A DNA stretch of 64,000 nt from Ophelia neglecta (taxonomy: Eukaryota): assembly GCA_965285935.1 (NCBI GenBank), contig OZ260661.1, positions 121,334,001 to 121,398,000 of the forward strand, in the 5' to 3' direction. The notes below the pieces were generated by a model. It was not told the origin of the DNA, did not search any database, and saw nothing but the letters and a program-made list of their open reading frames with translations. Positions 1-12,148 of the stretch are shown piece after piece. Numbering within the stretch: position 1 is the first letter of the stretch; every line of letters starts with the position of its first letter. A program made the translations under genes and the position numbers.

Positions 1-2469
1 AGCCCCTGGGTTAGAGTCCTAATGGGGGTGACTGGTCACTAATCTCTCAGTGAGTCATCCTCCCTCCTTAGGGCAGGCCAATACAAGACCCATTGCTCAC
101 ATAATGTAGAAGGAAATAACAGAGAAATAATACAATCAACTAATACAAGCAGGCCAGCTGGCCGGCAGTGCCACACCTAATCTGGGGCCGGCTTCAAACA
201 GATAACCAATCCTGTAATTGGTGGTGTGGTGTAATCATTACATTACACCTGTTCAGATTTGATAAAAAGGAAAATAACCCTGATCAAAGAATTGTCATTT
301 GGAGACATTTAATTTCGGCAGGCACCTGAGTAAATAGTGACCAGTTTTTTCTTAACTCAAGCAAATTGTAATTCTAAGAACTTCATTTTATTATCAATCA
401 AAGGATAATTCATTACGAATTGAGAATGTGTCTAGTTTAAATGAATAAAGAACTGTATTTGCTCTTTAATTCAATATTTACATGGACTTTGATGGAAGGT
501 GAACCTACAAGCTGTCACATTGCATCAGAGATCTCAGTCACTCAGCTACACCCCAGGTGTAGTCTGGTCATTGATCAGCTGTTAAAAGGCTAGACCTTGT
601 TATTGTAAGTAATTAACTAATATTATGATATCCTGGAAAGTGTTTACATCATTGATATTTAAAAACAAGCCCATCCTTTATATACTTACTGTAGATCATA
701 GAAGGGTCCCCCATACAAATAAAGAGCAAGTGACTGGACAAATGACTATAGTTGTCTATCATGATCTTAAGATATACATACAAGCTACATATAAAGCAAA
801 CCCTGCTACTTAAATGACTGTAAGAATACTTACACGGGCAGTTCGGAAATTAATTGTGCTCAGTATTCATTGGAAAAAAAGCAAATGGAGTCTTTTCACC
901 TCACAGATTAATGAATGTCAACAGAGAGAGCTTGAGACATAAAGCTGAAATTGACAGTTAGATTTAATAGTTAGATTTATCAAACCAATGCTTAGTTGCA
1001 CTAAGTAAGTGACTGACTTTCCACTAGTCAATGACCTGCTCATCACCAGGAGACCGACCTGGTGATGGACCACTTACTAAATGGACTGTCAGGACAAACC
1101 AGCTATGCTATACAGTATACAGTAGGTAAGGATACAGCAGGAAAACAAATGGCATCTGTTTGCTGGTTCAGTTGATATTTGATCAGGCCAAAATGATAGA
1201 ATTGATTGATTTAATTTCCTCCCTTCTTTTAGAGATTTACAAAAAATGAAATGTTACATAATAAAAGCCACTGGTAAACATGTTTCTGCCACAAGTGGTT
1301 CTAATTTGCCAGCAGCTCATTACTGACAGAGACTCACTATATTACTATGCTCTGTCTGTCCTGATCACATGTTTTAGTTCCCTCATTACCACCTCCTAAT
1401 AACCTGCTAAGTGGTAAGCTCCAGGTAGCCTGTAAACTCTGAACACACAAGACAAACATGCATCCTACTTGTCCGAGTTTCATCTCGCCCAATTTGGAGC
1501 TGATGGCACGGTGCATACAAACGGACACATCAATCCAGTCAGCTAGTTCCTCTCCCTTAGCCACATCCGTGGCTTAGACAAATTGTCCAAACTGCCATGT
1601 CGGCTAATAAGTTAAAAGCATTTTCATTTTCCAGAATTATGGGAGGACTAGGGCACCCATGTTCGGATGCTGGAGAAATTTGTCTATGAGCTGATCCATC
1701 TCTTTGCTCATGTAAGACAGAGTTGTGGGAGCTGCATGGCCCTCCATTCATTAGACTAAATCCCGCCTTGGGCATCGCCTAGTGGACTGAGCCCATTACA
1801 CTGCTTTCATTCCTTGCCTTTATTGGGACAGCTCTCCTATGGGGAGCATTTCTCAGGTAGACTGGCTATTCCCAGATATAATTTAATGTCTTATTGGCTT
1901 CTTGAATCTCTTGTATTGCTTTGGAGGAGGCAGACACAGTGGTCCACCTTGACTCCCTTCCCTTGATGGTCTCAGAGAGTCAGCAGAACCTCCCTTGATG
2001 TACACTCCAGGCCTGGACCTACGTCTGAGACCTGCCCACCTAATTTAACCTCACTTTGAGTTCAGAGTATAACTGCCAACCGATATGGGTAGAAATAAAC
2101 CATCACCCCTACGATAAAGGAAAAAGGCTTTTGTTAGCTATTTCCTTGGCTCAATTATGCCACCATAAAAAAACAGAATATGGTGCATATAGATGAAATA
2201 GGAGGGAAAGCCGCCTGGTGATCTTAAAACCTCCACCTGGAGACAATTTCTAGGGCTGTGTTAAAGTTACAACTTCCAGGTTACAAGACGGCCTACTCCC
2301 CATCCATTACAAGGCATCCCCAATCAATGTCGCTATATATAGAGGAGGCTTCCGGCACACACCAGCCTCTCATCAAATTAATCTACCTCCAAAGACCTAT
2401 ATTTTGTAGAGAAAACACTCTCTACTGAAAAACTCCCCCATGCCATCTGTGCAGAATTTAGCCATTAAA

Positions 2470-2760
2470 TAATATGCCTCCGGCCAAAAGCAATATCTTT
2501 AATTTCCTCATCTCGGAGAGAGATTTGTGTGTTGAAGCGACTACATTCACTGTGCTCGGCAATTTTCTGTAGATTTAGTCGGCCCTTCATATCTGGCCAG
2601 GTATAGATTAAGACACGGGCTATGTTTGACGAGTCTCAACATCAATATGTCATTTCAGTTCGCTGCAAATATCATGATCATAAATTTGCAAAAATGTATT
2701 ACCAGTCCTGTAGGGGAGGGTTCCACAGGGATCAATATTGGGGCCATTATGAGCGAATAA
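2470..2760. promoter_or_regulatory. CpG-retaining non-coding island, candidate enhancer
   Basis: About ten CpGs in non-repetitive sequence with no ORF, against a CpG-depleted background. Confidence 0.3.
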
Positions 2761-3068
2761 ATCTAGCATGACAAGTGAAAACTGACATAAAGTCCTGCCA
2801 ATAACAATAATATTGGTATTTTAAAGGAAGCTGACACTGGCAGTCCCATTGCTGGCTCCAATCAAAGCCATTTACAACCACTAACCGTCTGCCTCCGCTT
2901 TATCCAACAACTCATAATTCACATGTACCAAATGTATTTCATTGATCCAAGTGACTGAATGGTATTGTATTAGGAGACAATACGAGAGGAAATGAAGTGA
3001 TATGGTGCCACAGGGCTGCTACAATATGCACTGAAGTCTGAGGCAGAGCCAGAATGACTGTTTTGTCA

Positions 3069-3298
3069 GGCTAACACCCCAAACCCTGACTAGGCACACT
3101 CAACTGCCTTCCCTAACCCAGCCAACCAAGGTTTTGGGCTCCCCACTACCATCCCAGCCACCTTGGAGGAGCCACCAGGGCTAGCCCCCCTAAACCCTGA
3201 CTACTGCACACTCAACCCCCTTCCCTAGCCCAGCCATCCCAGGTCTGGGGCCCCCACTGCTATCCCAGCCACCTTGAGCAGCCACCAGGGCTAACACC
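3069..3298. repeat. Diverged tandem duplication, ~110 bp x2
   Basis: 'ggctaacaccccaaaccctgacta...cccagccaccttg..gagccaccagggcta' occurs twice in tandem. Confidence 0.9.
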
Positions 3299-3705
3299 AC
3301 TCTTTGGTACCCATCTCTCAAAGTCACAATTACATCTCAGCCAATGTCAACTCCAGGAATCGATAGAACTTTTTGTTCAATAAATCCTACAAAGTTCACT
3401 GAGCGTGTAAAACATATTTGAGCACAATGGGTCAATAATATCGCCGGCAGCCGGCCAGGGAGGTGATCTATCACTCAAACAGGACAAATAGATAGATTGA
3501 GGGATTTCTGACAAGTCATATTTGAAGGTTTCTGTGATCCCAGTAGTCACAGAGTCACAAGCCGAAACCCTCTATGCCTTGTGTATACCCTTATGCCTTT
3601 GACTATGTACCCTTCTTTGTATAGTGTATACTCCCTCTCTGTACTCTCTGTAAAACCCCATGTATACCCCCCCCCCCTCATATATCTCTGTTTACCCTTC
3701 ATATA

Positions 3706-4146
3706 CTCCTGTATATCTCCTGTATACCTCCGTATAACCTCTGTATACCTCTGTATAACCCCTGTATACCTCTGTATAACCCCTGTATACCTCCGTACAA
3801 CCCCTGTACAACCCCTGTATAACCCCTGTATACCTCTGCATAACCCCTGTATACCTCTGTATAACCCCTGTATACCTCCGTATAACCCCTGTATACCTCC
3901 GTATAACCCCTGTATATCTGCGTTTTACCCCTGTATACCTCATGTATACCTCATGTATCCCTCCGTATAGCCCCTGTATAACCCCTGTATACCTCAGGAT
4001 AACCCCTGTATACCTCAGTATAACCCCTGTATACCTCCGTATAACCCCTGTATACCTCCGTATAACCCCTGTATACCTCATGTATACCTCATGTATCCCT
4101 CCGTATAGCCCCTGTATAACCCCTGTATACCTCAGGATAACCCCTG
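3706..4146. repeat. Minisatellite, 21-bp unit (cccctgtatacctccgtataa), with a higher-order block repeated 138 bp apart
   Basis: Directly visible. The variant block 'cctcatgtatacctcatgtatccctccgtatagccc' is at 3938 and 4076. It explains ORFs 3581..3970, 3692..4081 and 3942..4151. Confidence 0.97.
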
Positions 4147-5879
4147 GATAGCTTCTGTTAACCCTTGGCTACCTCTGATCTCCCCCCATACACCCACTGT
4201 ATACCCTCCTGTCCCTCCAAACATAGCTCTACCCATGCATACCCCCGTACCCCTTTCATACAAGGCAGCCCTAGGGCATCCAACTCAAATCATAATATCC
4301 ATCCTTATATCAAATAATCCAGTTTTCGAGCCTGTGATGTTAGACATTGTGGGTGGACAGACATGCAATGATTGTGTTGTTGGCCTGTCCATAACTAGGA
4401 CTGTCATGCCTGTTCCTGTCTCCTGGGGCAATGCCAGGCCCCCAAGTCCCAGGCTACAGCATTGGACCCTCTCCAATTGGTCTATTAATGGAAATTAAAT
4501 TTGGTGAATAGTTGTCCAGGGGGGAGCTGGAAATCACATCAGAGCATGTGATGGTGAGCAGGAACCAAGAGTTCTTAGGCCAAGCCTTGGGAACTGGTGA
4601 ATTTCACCCCAACTTCCTGTGGCCATGTGGCCTGATAGCTCCTGATAGGCGAATGATTGGCCAGCGAGCACAAGGCCACCTTCTTGATTGAGTTATTTTG
4701 TATTATAGACCCAATACGCACCGCTTCAATCCCAATCACCCTGGAGAGCTTTCTGCCTCATTGGATAGATATTGTAAACCTAATCTCAGTGAAGATCTAC
4801 TTCAATAAAAGCAGCAAATGAAGGGGACACAGCCCATATCACAGAATACATGCTAGAAAGACCAACCCTAATGGCTTTCCTATTCTTCAATTTCCTGCAT
4901 TTGGAATCAAATGGGCCTTTTTAGTTTTTTATTTTCAAATTTGACAGCAAGTGACTTTGGTGAAATTGCATTGATAGGAAGGCATGCCTAAATAAAGTTC
5001 TTTCCCAGCAGTGGCTGGTGTCCCCGATAAGGAAGTCGACAAAGAAATGTACTCCCCTGGAGCAGGGGGGTTTAATGGCACTTTCCGGTTCAAGAGGATT
5101 CCCGACAGTTCATGCTACTGTACAGAGACAAATTGGAGACATGGCATATTGCTTCCTGGAGATACCACAAACCACTCCTAGTCTCTGCTGCTCAGCCAAC
5201 CCTCATCTCCTTCTGTGCCTGGAAACCAAATACCTTGTCTTCCGCTTTCAAAAGCCATGAGCTGGCTGGCAAGGAGGGTCTAGTGGGTATCTGTTTATGT
5301 GGACTGGTTATTAAGGTGGTACATGCTACAAGCTGTTGATAAGAGAAGGAAAGAATCTGTCATGTTATCTGCCAGCACCATTCACTGCCCTTTTACAAGG
5401 CTGGTACGATAGGGCGGGAGGCCATACAGACAGCTATCTACATGTATTACCCTATGTTGTATATTCCTCTGGCTATTTCACCTCACATCTCACTTATCAT
5501 GGAGTAATACCATCTCTTCTTAGCCCTATACCCTTCACACAATGTCATACTCAGAACAACAACCCATCATTATAATCTTTACATAGCAGAGTCCTCCCCC
5601 AGGAAATGCCATTACAAATCTGTATTTATCATTTCTCTACACACATCAGGATGTATGTGTCTGCGAGCAATGTCTGAATCTAAACAACCTTCACCACTAC
5701 TCTATAAAGAAACCCAATATAAGCATGTAGTTCTCAGAGCCACAATTCCTTGGCTGTAGGGCTTTAAAACATTTGACTCAAACTACATGTGTGTTGAAAA
5801 GTAAACTAAACCATTTTGTTCCACATATTCCACTGGGAACTCAAACAGTGGTTAATACAATCTTTTGTTATTTACTCAC

Positions 5880-5906
5880 CCTTTGTGCAAAAGCAACCAT
5901 TTGCAT
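5880..5906 (-). CDS. Candidate alternative first coding exon MQMVAFAQR, phase-0 donor
   Basis: ATG at 5906, strong donor AGG|GTGAGT, in-frame stop upstream. Confidence 0.25.
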
Positions 5907-6915
5907 CAGCGAAAATTTATATCTTTTAGTTGATTTGATAACCAAAGTGAGTTACATGCCCTGGTATGTGACTTCCCACATGATGGGTTTGGAGGGGGGG
6001 GGGGGGGGGGTACAGGTGGTAATACCTGGCATTCTTAGACAAGTCTCAAGTCTCAGTCACAGATTATCATTCATAAATTTCATCTCAACCACAGAATGTC
6101 AGTTTTTCTTAAGATGAACATGACATCTACCGAGCCTTCTATATCAGTAATTTCTTAGTGTTATCATTTTATAAGAGAAATGGTCCCATCAAAGAGGGAA
6201 AGAGAGAGAGGTCCTCAGTAGGATGGTGGCAAGGGGTCAGCCTGATGAGGAGTGTGGTTACATCTCCGAGGAAGGTGATATGTGTAGACAGAGGGGAACA
6301 CACTATCAGACATAAAATTGGTCTCCGCTGATTCACAGTCCTGGCAAGAATATCTGAGTTTGACATAAATCACAGGAAACTCAAGTCCTGTATCCCTGGG
6401 GTGCCAGTCTTACACTGTCTTACACCTCTGAGGGAAGGCCACACTGCTCCCCTCAGTCCACACAGTGTAAGGAGATCTCCCATGTTACCACCTCAACCCA
6501 GGTAGCAGGGAACCAGTGATAAATTCCTTCCAACTATCCCTTGGTGGGGCAAATATTGCTGATACAAATGGAACTGCCAAAAATGTTATGAAATGTCAGG
6601 AATCTATTTGATGTGGCTCGGCAGGGGGGTCGGTAACCTTCCATTTAGATGGTTAGCCCGTCACTTATAGAGTTTGATCAAATTTAATCCAACTGGATGC
6701 TTATTGATCAAACAGCAGTGCATCATCTCAGAAATGTCAAGTCCTCCCACCCTGGGGAGTCTGCAAAGTCTTTGGGTTTCAAGGGAATGATCTAGAAATT
6801 AAGAAAAGAGGTGTTGGGGTTAGGGGGGAGGGGGGGGGGGTTGGTATGGATTTGGTGGGTTTGCCCTCCCACAACCTTCAAACTTTTAAACATGCCATTT
6901 CTTTGGGGGTATTTC

Positions 6916-7261
6916 ATATAGGGATACTGAGCCCTGCTCATATATAGGGGATCCTAAGCCCTGCTCATATATAGGGGTACTGGGCCCTGCTCATATATAG
7001 GGGGTACTGGGCCCTGCTCATATATAGGGGATCCTAAGCCCTGCTCATATATAGGGGATCCTAAGCCCTGCTCATATATAGGGGATCCTAAGCCCTGCTC
7101 ATATATAGGGGGTACTGGGCCCTGCTCATATATAGGGGATCCTAAGCCCTGCTCATATATAGGGGGTACTGGGCCCTGCTCATATATAGGGGATCCTAAG
7201 CCCTGCTCATATAAAGGGATACTGAGCCCTGCTCATATATAGGGGGTACTGGGCCCTGCTC
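6916..7261. repeat. Minisatellite, ~27-bp unit (gccctgctcatatatagggg+atcctaa or gtactgg), ~13 copies, two interspersed variants
   Basis: Directly visible; unit starts at 6931, 6958, 6984, 7011 and onward. Confidence 0.97.
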
Positions 7262-9928
7262 TAAACTAGGGGGTCCTTAGCTAATACAGCCAATGGATGG
7301 GGGGAAGGAGGAATGGTATGACATGAGCACAAGATCAGCTCATTGACTGACAGTAGATACAAGTCAGGGTGGAATGGAACAACATACAAGTAAAATGTCA
7401 AGTAATCACCACCAGACACAAGCAAGGTCATAGGTAGGGTACAGGTAGGTTATATTCGGGTTATAGGTAGGCCATTAACACATTGCCACTGCTAAATTCT
7501 ACTAAGCTAAATTTTTATACAGAGGTTAATGACATAAACCAAGAAAGATGACAGTACTACTAGACCTCACAAGCTCAGGTCTTGATCAGTGTCAGCATAG
7601 TGCCACACTGATATGGAGCTGGGATCTTCACATTACATGGCTTAGACTGTAGATGTTTCATCATTAATCAAGGTGTGTGTGATCCATGGAGCCTCCACAT
7701 CCCAGACAGACACTACTGGTATACATGTAGTGGGGTCGGTGAGAGACACAGGTAGGGAGGGGCCTGGCCAGATGAACAGCCTGACACCCATCTCTCACCC
7801 CACCCTCTCTGGATAACATGACAAGCAGGTCTGGCAAGGGAGGAACACACACAAACATACACTGAAAGCCGGTAAATGTTCACCACACCAAAAGTTTGCT
7901 ATTTAAGGAACTGCCTTGCTATCATTCAAAGTTTAATGATATAAGCCTTCACCTTGTCTTGTTTATGCTGCAGTTGCCTCAGGTGGTGAACATTTTTGTT
8001 ATTTTAAATTTTACTTGGATGTTTGTGACTGTGGTATATATCTGGAGCTGTTGACGCATGCACACACTTCAATATGACAGTATACCTGGCAGTCACTGTG
8101 GGAATCCACACTAAACCTAGATGTCAATAACTTGGCCTTCAAACTGATTTATATAGCAGCAGAAGTAAAAACTGCTCCCAGCCTCTGCATTTCTAAAAGA
8201 ATCATTATGTAGTAATGAGCGGAAATGAATGTGAGCCTGTATGGACTTGTGTGGGCTGGCCCCTCCTCCAGACCAGGTCCCGGTAGTGTGTGAGTTCTGG
8301 GTAAATTAGAGGTCGTTAGGGGTCTGTAGATAGTGCTATAATGATTTACTATTGTTTTCTGGGGAGACTGGGGCCTTCTCGGGTTGTGGTGGTAGAGCTG
8401 GCAGCCTGTTATCATGTTGTGGTGACATACACCACTAGATGAAGGGCATGTAGCCAGAGAGCAGGGAGAAAACAACACAGGATGAGCTGGTCACTAATTG
8501 TTGACCTTCTAAATGTCACACAACACACGTATCACTCCCTGGGCCAGCTTTTACCCACTTTTTTTCTCTAGTAATATCATTTTTAAGTAACAGAAATTGA
8601 TATCACAACCATTAGCAACCCAATTCAGATCAGCACAACAGCCAATAGGGTCATATTAACTACAAGTCCTTGTACATATAATATAAACTGGTCTACATTG
8701 GGTTTTACATTCTGAGGAAACCATCCTTCGCAGCTCATTCTTTGCCAGCCAATCCCAGATGATGTTACAAGCTGCTGTAATGACCATGTGTCCTGGTATA
8801 TCAATGTGCTATTGTCCTGTTTTTCCAGGTATTTCCAGGTATTTCCTGGTATTGTGACTGAGAGAAGTGTTACCTGTGTTTACATGTGTAGTAGTGTAAC
8901 AGATGTGTGTGATGAGTGACCTGGTGATCATACTATTTACCAGGTAATAACACCAAGCCCAGCTGGCCAGCTGGCCAGCTTTAATTGACCTGATGGCCAC
9001 CACAATATCATCAATGATCAATATTGCTCACCTTTTACTCAGTCTTGAGAACATTTATCAGGTATTTAATACCAGAAATAACAATAATGCTCGTAGTTAT
9101 ACATGTACATCCAGAGTCAAATGATGGCTTCTACACTATAGTCTACATAACACAACCTCTAGAATCAGAAGATGTCTACTATAATAAACTAAAAGTGTCA
9201 CGACTAAATGTTTAGTCCTCTTCAGGCTCTATAGTAATGTGTGTGATGATGAGTACAGCGAGATGGGTACAGTGTGGGGTGGGGCCCTGCAGACAGCCTT
9301 AATGCTATGAGGAGGAGGGTGGTGGCTGGTGAGGGTCACCCTGTTATTACCTTCCTGATAATTGGATTAGAAGATACAGGGTTCAAACCTTGGTCAATAA
9401 TCACAACATGGCTTCATTATACACCCGCTCCCCACACGCCCAGATCAAAGTACAGATTCAATCTCATTTCAAAGGCCAGTAGGTAATATTGTGATGAAAG
9501 CTTATGGTAAAATTAATCTGCCTAACAGGGAGGGGAGCAGAGACAAAGGCCAGGTCCTGACTGAACACCTACCCAGTCTCCATGAAGCTGGTCTTTGAGC
9601 AGCTGATCAGGAGACTACAGAACCATTGGTAACACAATACCACAGCCAGCCGAGATCAATACCAGCATGCAGCACAGCCAAGAGCAGGGACACTCCTCAT
9701 TTAATTAGCACTGTCCACTTCCCCTGAGGTGACCAGTTATATATACAGGGCTGGTGTGGACTATGGGAGACAATGGGTAATGTATACCCAGGGATTATCA
9801 CCTGGCTCAGTAATCACCTGGCTCTGTAGTGACACCTCCCCACTGCTGTATTGTGGATGTACTGTGACTGTACTGTCACCGTGTCATGGCTGTGTTGTGT
9901 ATTGTGGCTATAATGTAACTGCAATATG

Positions 9929-10510
9929 GTGACTGTATAGTGACTGTATAGTGACTGTATTGTGACATGACTGTATTGTGACTTGACTGTATTATGATGT
10001 ATAGTGACTGTATCATGCCTGTATTGTGACCTGACTGTATTGTGATGTATTGTGACGGAATAGTGACTGTATCATGACTGTATTGTGACATGACTATATA
10101 TTGACTGTATTGTGACATGACTGCATTATGACTGTATTGTGTCTTGACTGCATTATGACTGTATTGTGACATGACTGCATTATGACTGTATTGTGGCATG
10201 ACTGCATTATGACTGTATTGTGACATGACTGCATTATGACTGTATTGTGACATGACTGCATTATGACTGTATTGTGTCTTGACTGCATTATGACTGTATT
10301 GTGACATGACTGCATTATGACTGTATTGTGACATGACTGCATTATGACTGTATTGTGACATGACTGCATTATGACTGTATTGTGACATGACTGCATTATG
10401 ACTGTATTGTGTCTTGACTGCATTATGACTGTATTGTGTCTTGACTGTATCATGACTGTATTTTGACATGACTGTGTTATGATGTACAGTGACTGTAAAT
10501 TGACTGTATA
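9929..10510. repeat. Minisatellite, 27-bp unit (tgactgcattatgactgtattgtgaca), with degenerate flanks
   Basis: Homogeneous core at ~10105-10460. It gives the 9-aa periodicity in ORFs 9876..10763 and 10094..10453. Confidence 0.97.
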
Positions 10511-10670
10511 GAGACTGTTTTGTGATTGTATTGTGATGGTAGGTATGAAGGCTAGTGACTATTGATGAGCTACCTGTCTTTTCCACCAAGCACAATGCAG
10601 TCTCATGTCGAGTAAGCAGGAGAGCGGCTTGCCTGTTGAATGCTGCCGACGTCCACAGGAAGCAGCTTAC

Positions 10671-10763
10671 TCTCTTCCCATTCAACAGGCGTCTCCGGAC
10701 TGCTATCAGGCTCTTCCTACCTAACCTGAACCCAGCCACTAATACAGGTGTTTCTTTAAACAT
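10671..10763 (-). CDS. Candidate alternative first coding exon MFKETPVLVAGFRLGRKSLIAVRRRLLNGKR, phase-0 donor
   Basis: ATG at 10763, donor AGA|GTAAGC after 31 codons, CpG-retaining context. An alternative donor CAG|GTAGCT at 10574 would be phase 1. Confidence 0.35.
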
Positions 10764-11801
10764 CTCAGTCTCTTCTCACAATATATCACTCAATGCCAGC
10801 ATCGCCTGCTCTGAACAAAAGACAAACACTTCCCAGCTATCAATAAATAACCACACTTTTAGATGGTAACAAAGGTTTCCAGCCATGGTACTTTTTATGG
10901 CTAAGGTTTTTTCCCTTCACGAAGCTCTCCTTTTAATTCTCAGACAGATTCTCCGGCCTTTCTATCCATTATGAAGGCTCATAGACTCGGAGCAGCTGAA
11001 GCGGACGACTGTTATCACACAGCAAGAACATATAGACAGAGTAGACAAAGTGGGCAAAAAATCTTATAAATACCTGCAACTAAGCATGTCTTGTCCTTAA
11101 ACTGCAGTGAGCTGGGCTTAATACCTGACAATCAGCAGCTTTGTCCCCACTGAGGCTAAAAGCCCTGAGAGTATTAGAAGTCTCCAATACAGACCCGAGT
11201 GTTCTCCTGGATACAAGGAGCAGACAGGCGGGCAGGGCCTCACAGACAATACCTGTAGTTTACAGGCGACAGCCAGTCTGTTGCCAGATGGAGACAATGT
11301 CTCTCAATGTCCAATTAGGAACCTCTAATTAATAACTTGATCTGCTGTTCGGCTGTCAACCTGGCTGAGTCACTCTACCTGGCTCTACCTGTGGGGCGGA
11401 GCTGATCAACTGCAGGGTCCCTGGCTCACTCTGCCTATGGTAGAGTGGGTAAACTGTCCTACCTGTGGACTTGCTCTCTCTGGCTCTACTCTATAGAGGC
11501 AGATCTATAAATAGTCTGAGTGGTCACTCCTACTTTCTATAACTGGCAGGTTGATCTTTCTTACTAAGGGGTACCAAAGTTCCAATATGAAGTCTTGATA
11601 AGATGTGGAGTAGCTGATGAGGTATAAATGGGTTTGTCTCCTACCTACATCCTACCATATCTGTAATCAAGTTCTGATGTTTTAGGTTTATTGGCTCTGT
11701 GTGGCCTGGATTAAATGTCACCAGAACAGCAACTGGATACAGGCAGTGATTTTACATTACAGTTCAACCCAAGTTTACATCTAGAAACAAGCCAGACTCA
11801 C

Positions 11802-11846
11802 CGACTGAAACAAGCCTGATTAATGTCAGGAGATGGGAGCTCCATG
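11802..11846 (-). CDS. Candidate 45-nt exon (MELPSPDINQACFS), or nested 3-nt microexon TCG at 11802-11804
   Basis: Donor TCG|GTGAGT. Two possible acceptors: 'gttccctgtag' (45 nt) and 'ggcttgtttcag' (3 nt). Both lengths preserve frame. Confidence 0.35.
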
Positions 11847-11931
11847 CTACAGGGAACTTGCTATGGTAATGTCTGGTTAATTGTATGCCAGTGATGGGCA
11901 ATAAGAGAAGGCCACCCTGCTGCAGTCACAC

Positions 11932-12148
11932 CTGTCCATCTGGCAGGTAATTTCTCCAGCCAGCCCTGCATGCACGACTTTCTTTAGGTTCACAGGGACT
12001 GAACTTTCTTTGTAGCTGATTTAACTGTTTTGGCTTTGCCTGTGATTTCACACACCCTGGCTCCTTAACCTTGTAACATCTCATTTGCCGATTGCCTGAA
12101 TCAGACCAGCGGGGAAAGCTTTGGTCTTCCGGCTTCTCCGCTGGTTCA
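11932..12148 (-). other. Strong 3' splice site followed by a ~70-codon open frame (EPAEKPEDQSFPRWSDSGNRQMRCYK...); donor uncertain
   Basis: Acceptor 'cttttactccttctccctcctgcag'. Possible donors are AAG|GTTAAG and CAG|GTGTGA, both weak. Confidence 0.3.

Noticed and set aside
1041-1067. 10-bp inverted repeat catcaccagg/cctggtgatg
   Set aside because: It is isolated, has no associated feature and is too short for a miRNA precursor or MITE.
1635-1711. Plus-strand exon-like segment (ttttcattttccag...gtaag)
   Set aside because: It has stops in all three frames and no other support.
3581-4151. Overlapping repetitive ORFs
   Set aside because: They are artefacts of the 21-bp minisatellite.
9876-10570. 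Repetitive C-terminal part of the 295-aa minus-strand ORF
   Set aside because: It is read-through into the 27-bp minisatellite, beyond two plausible donors.
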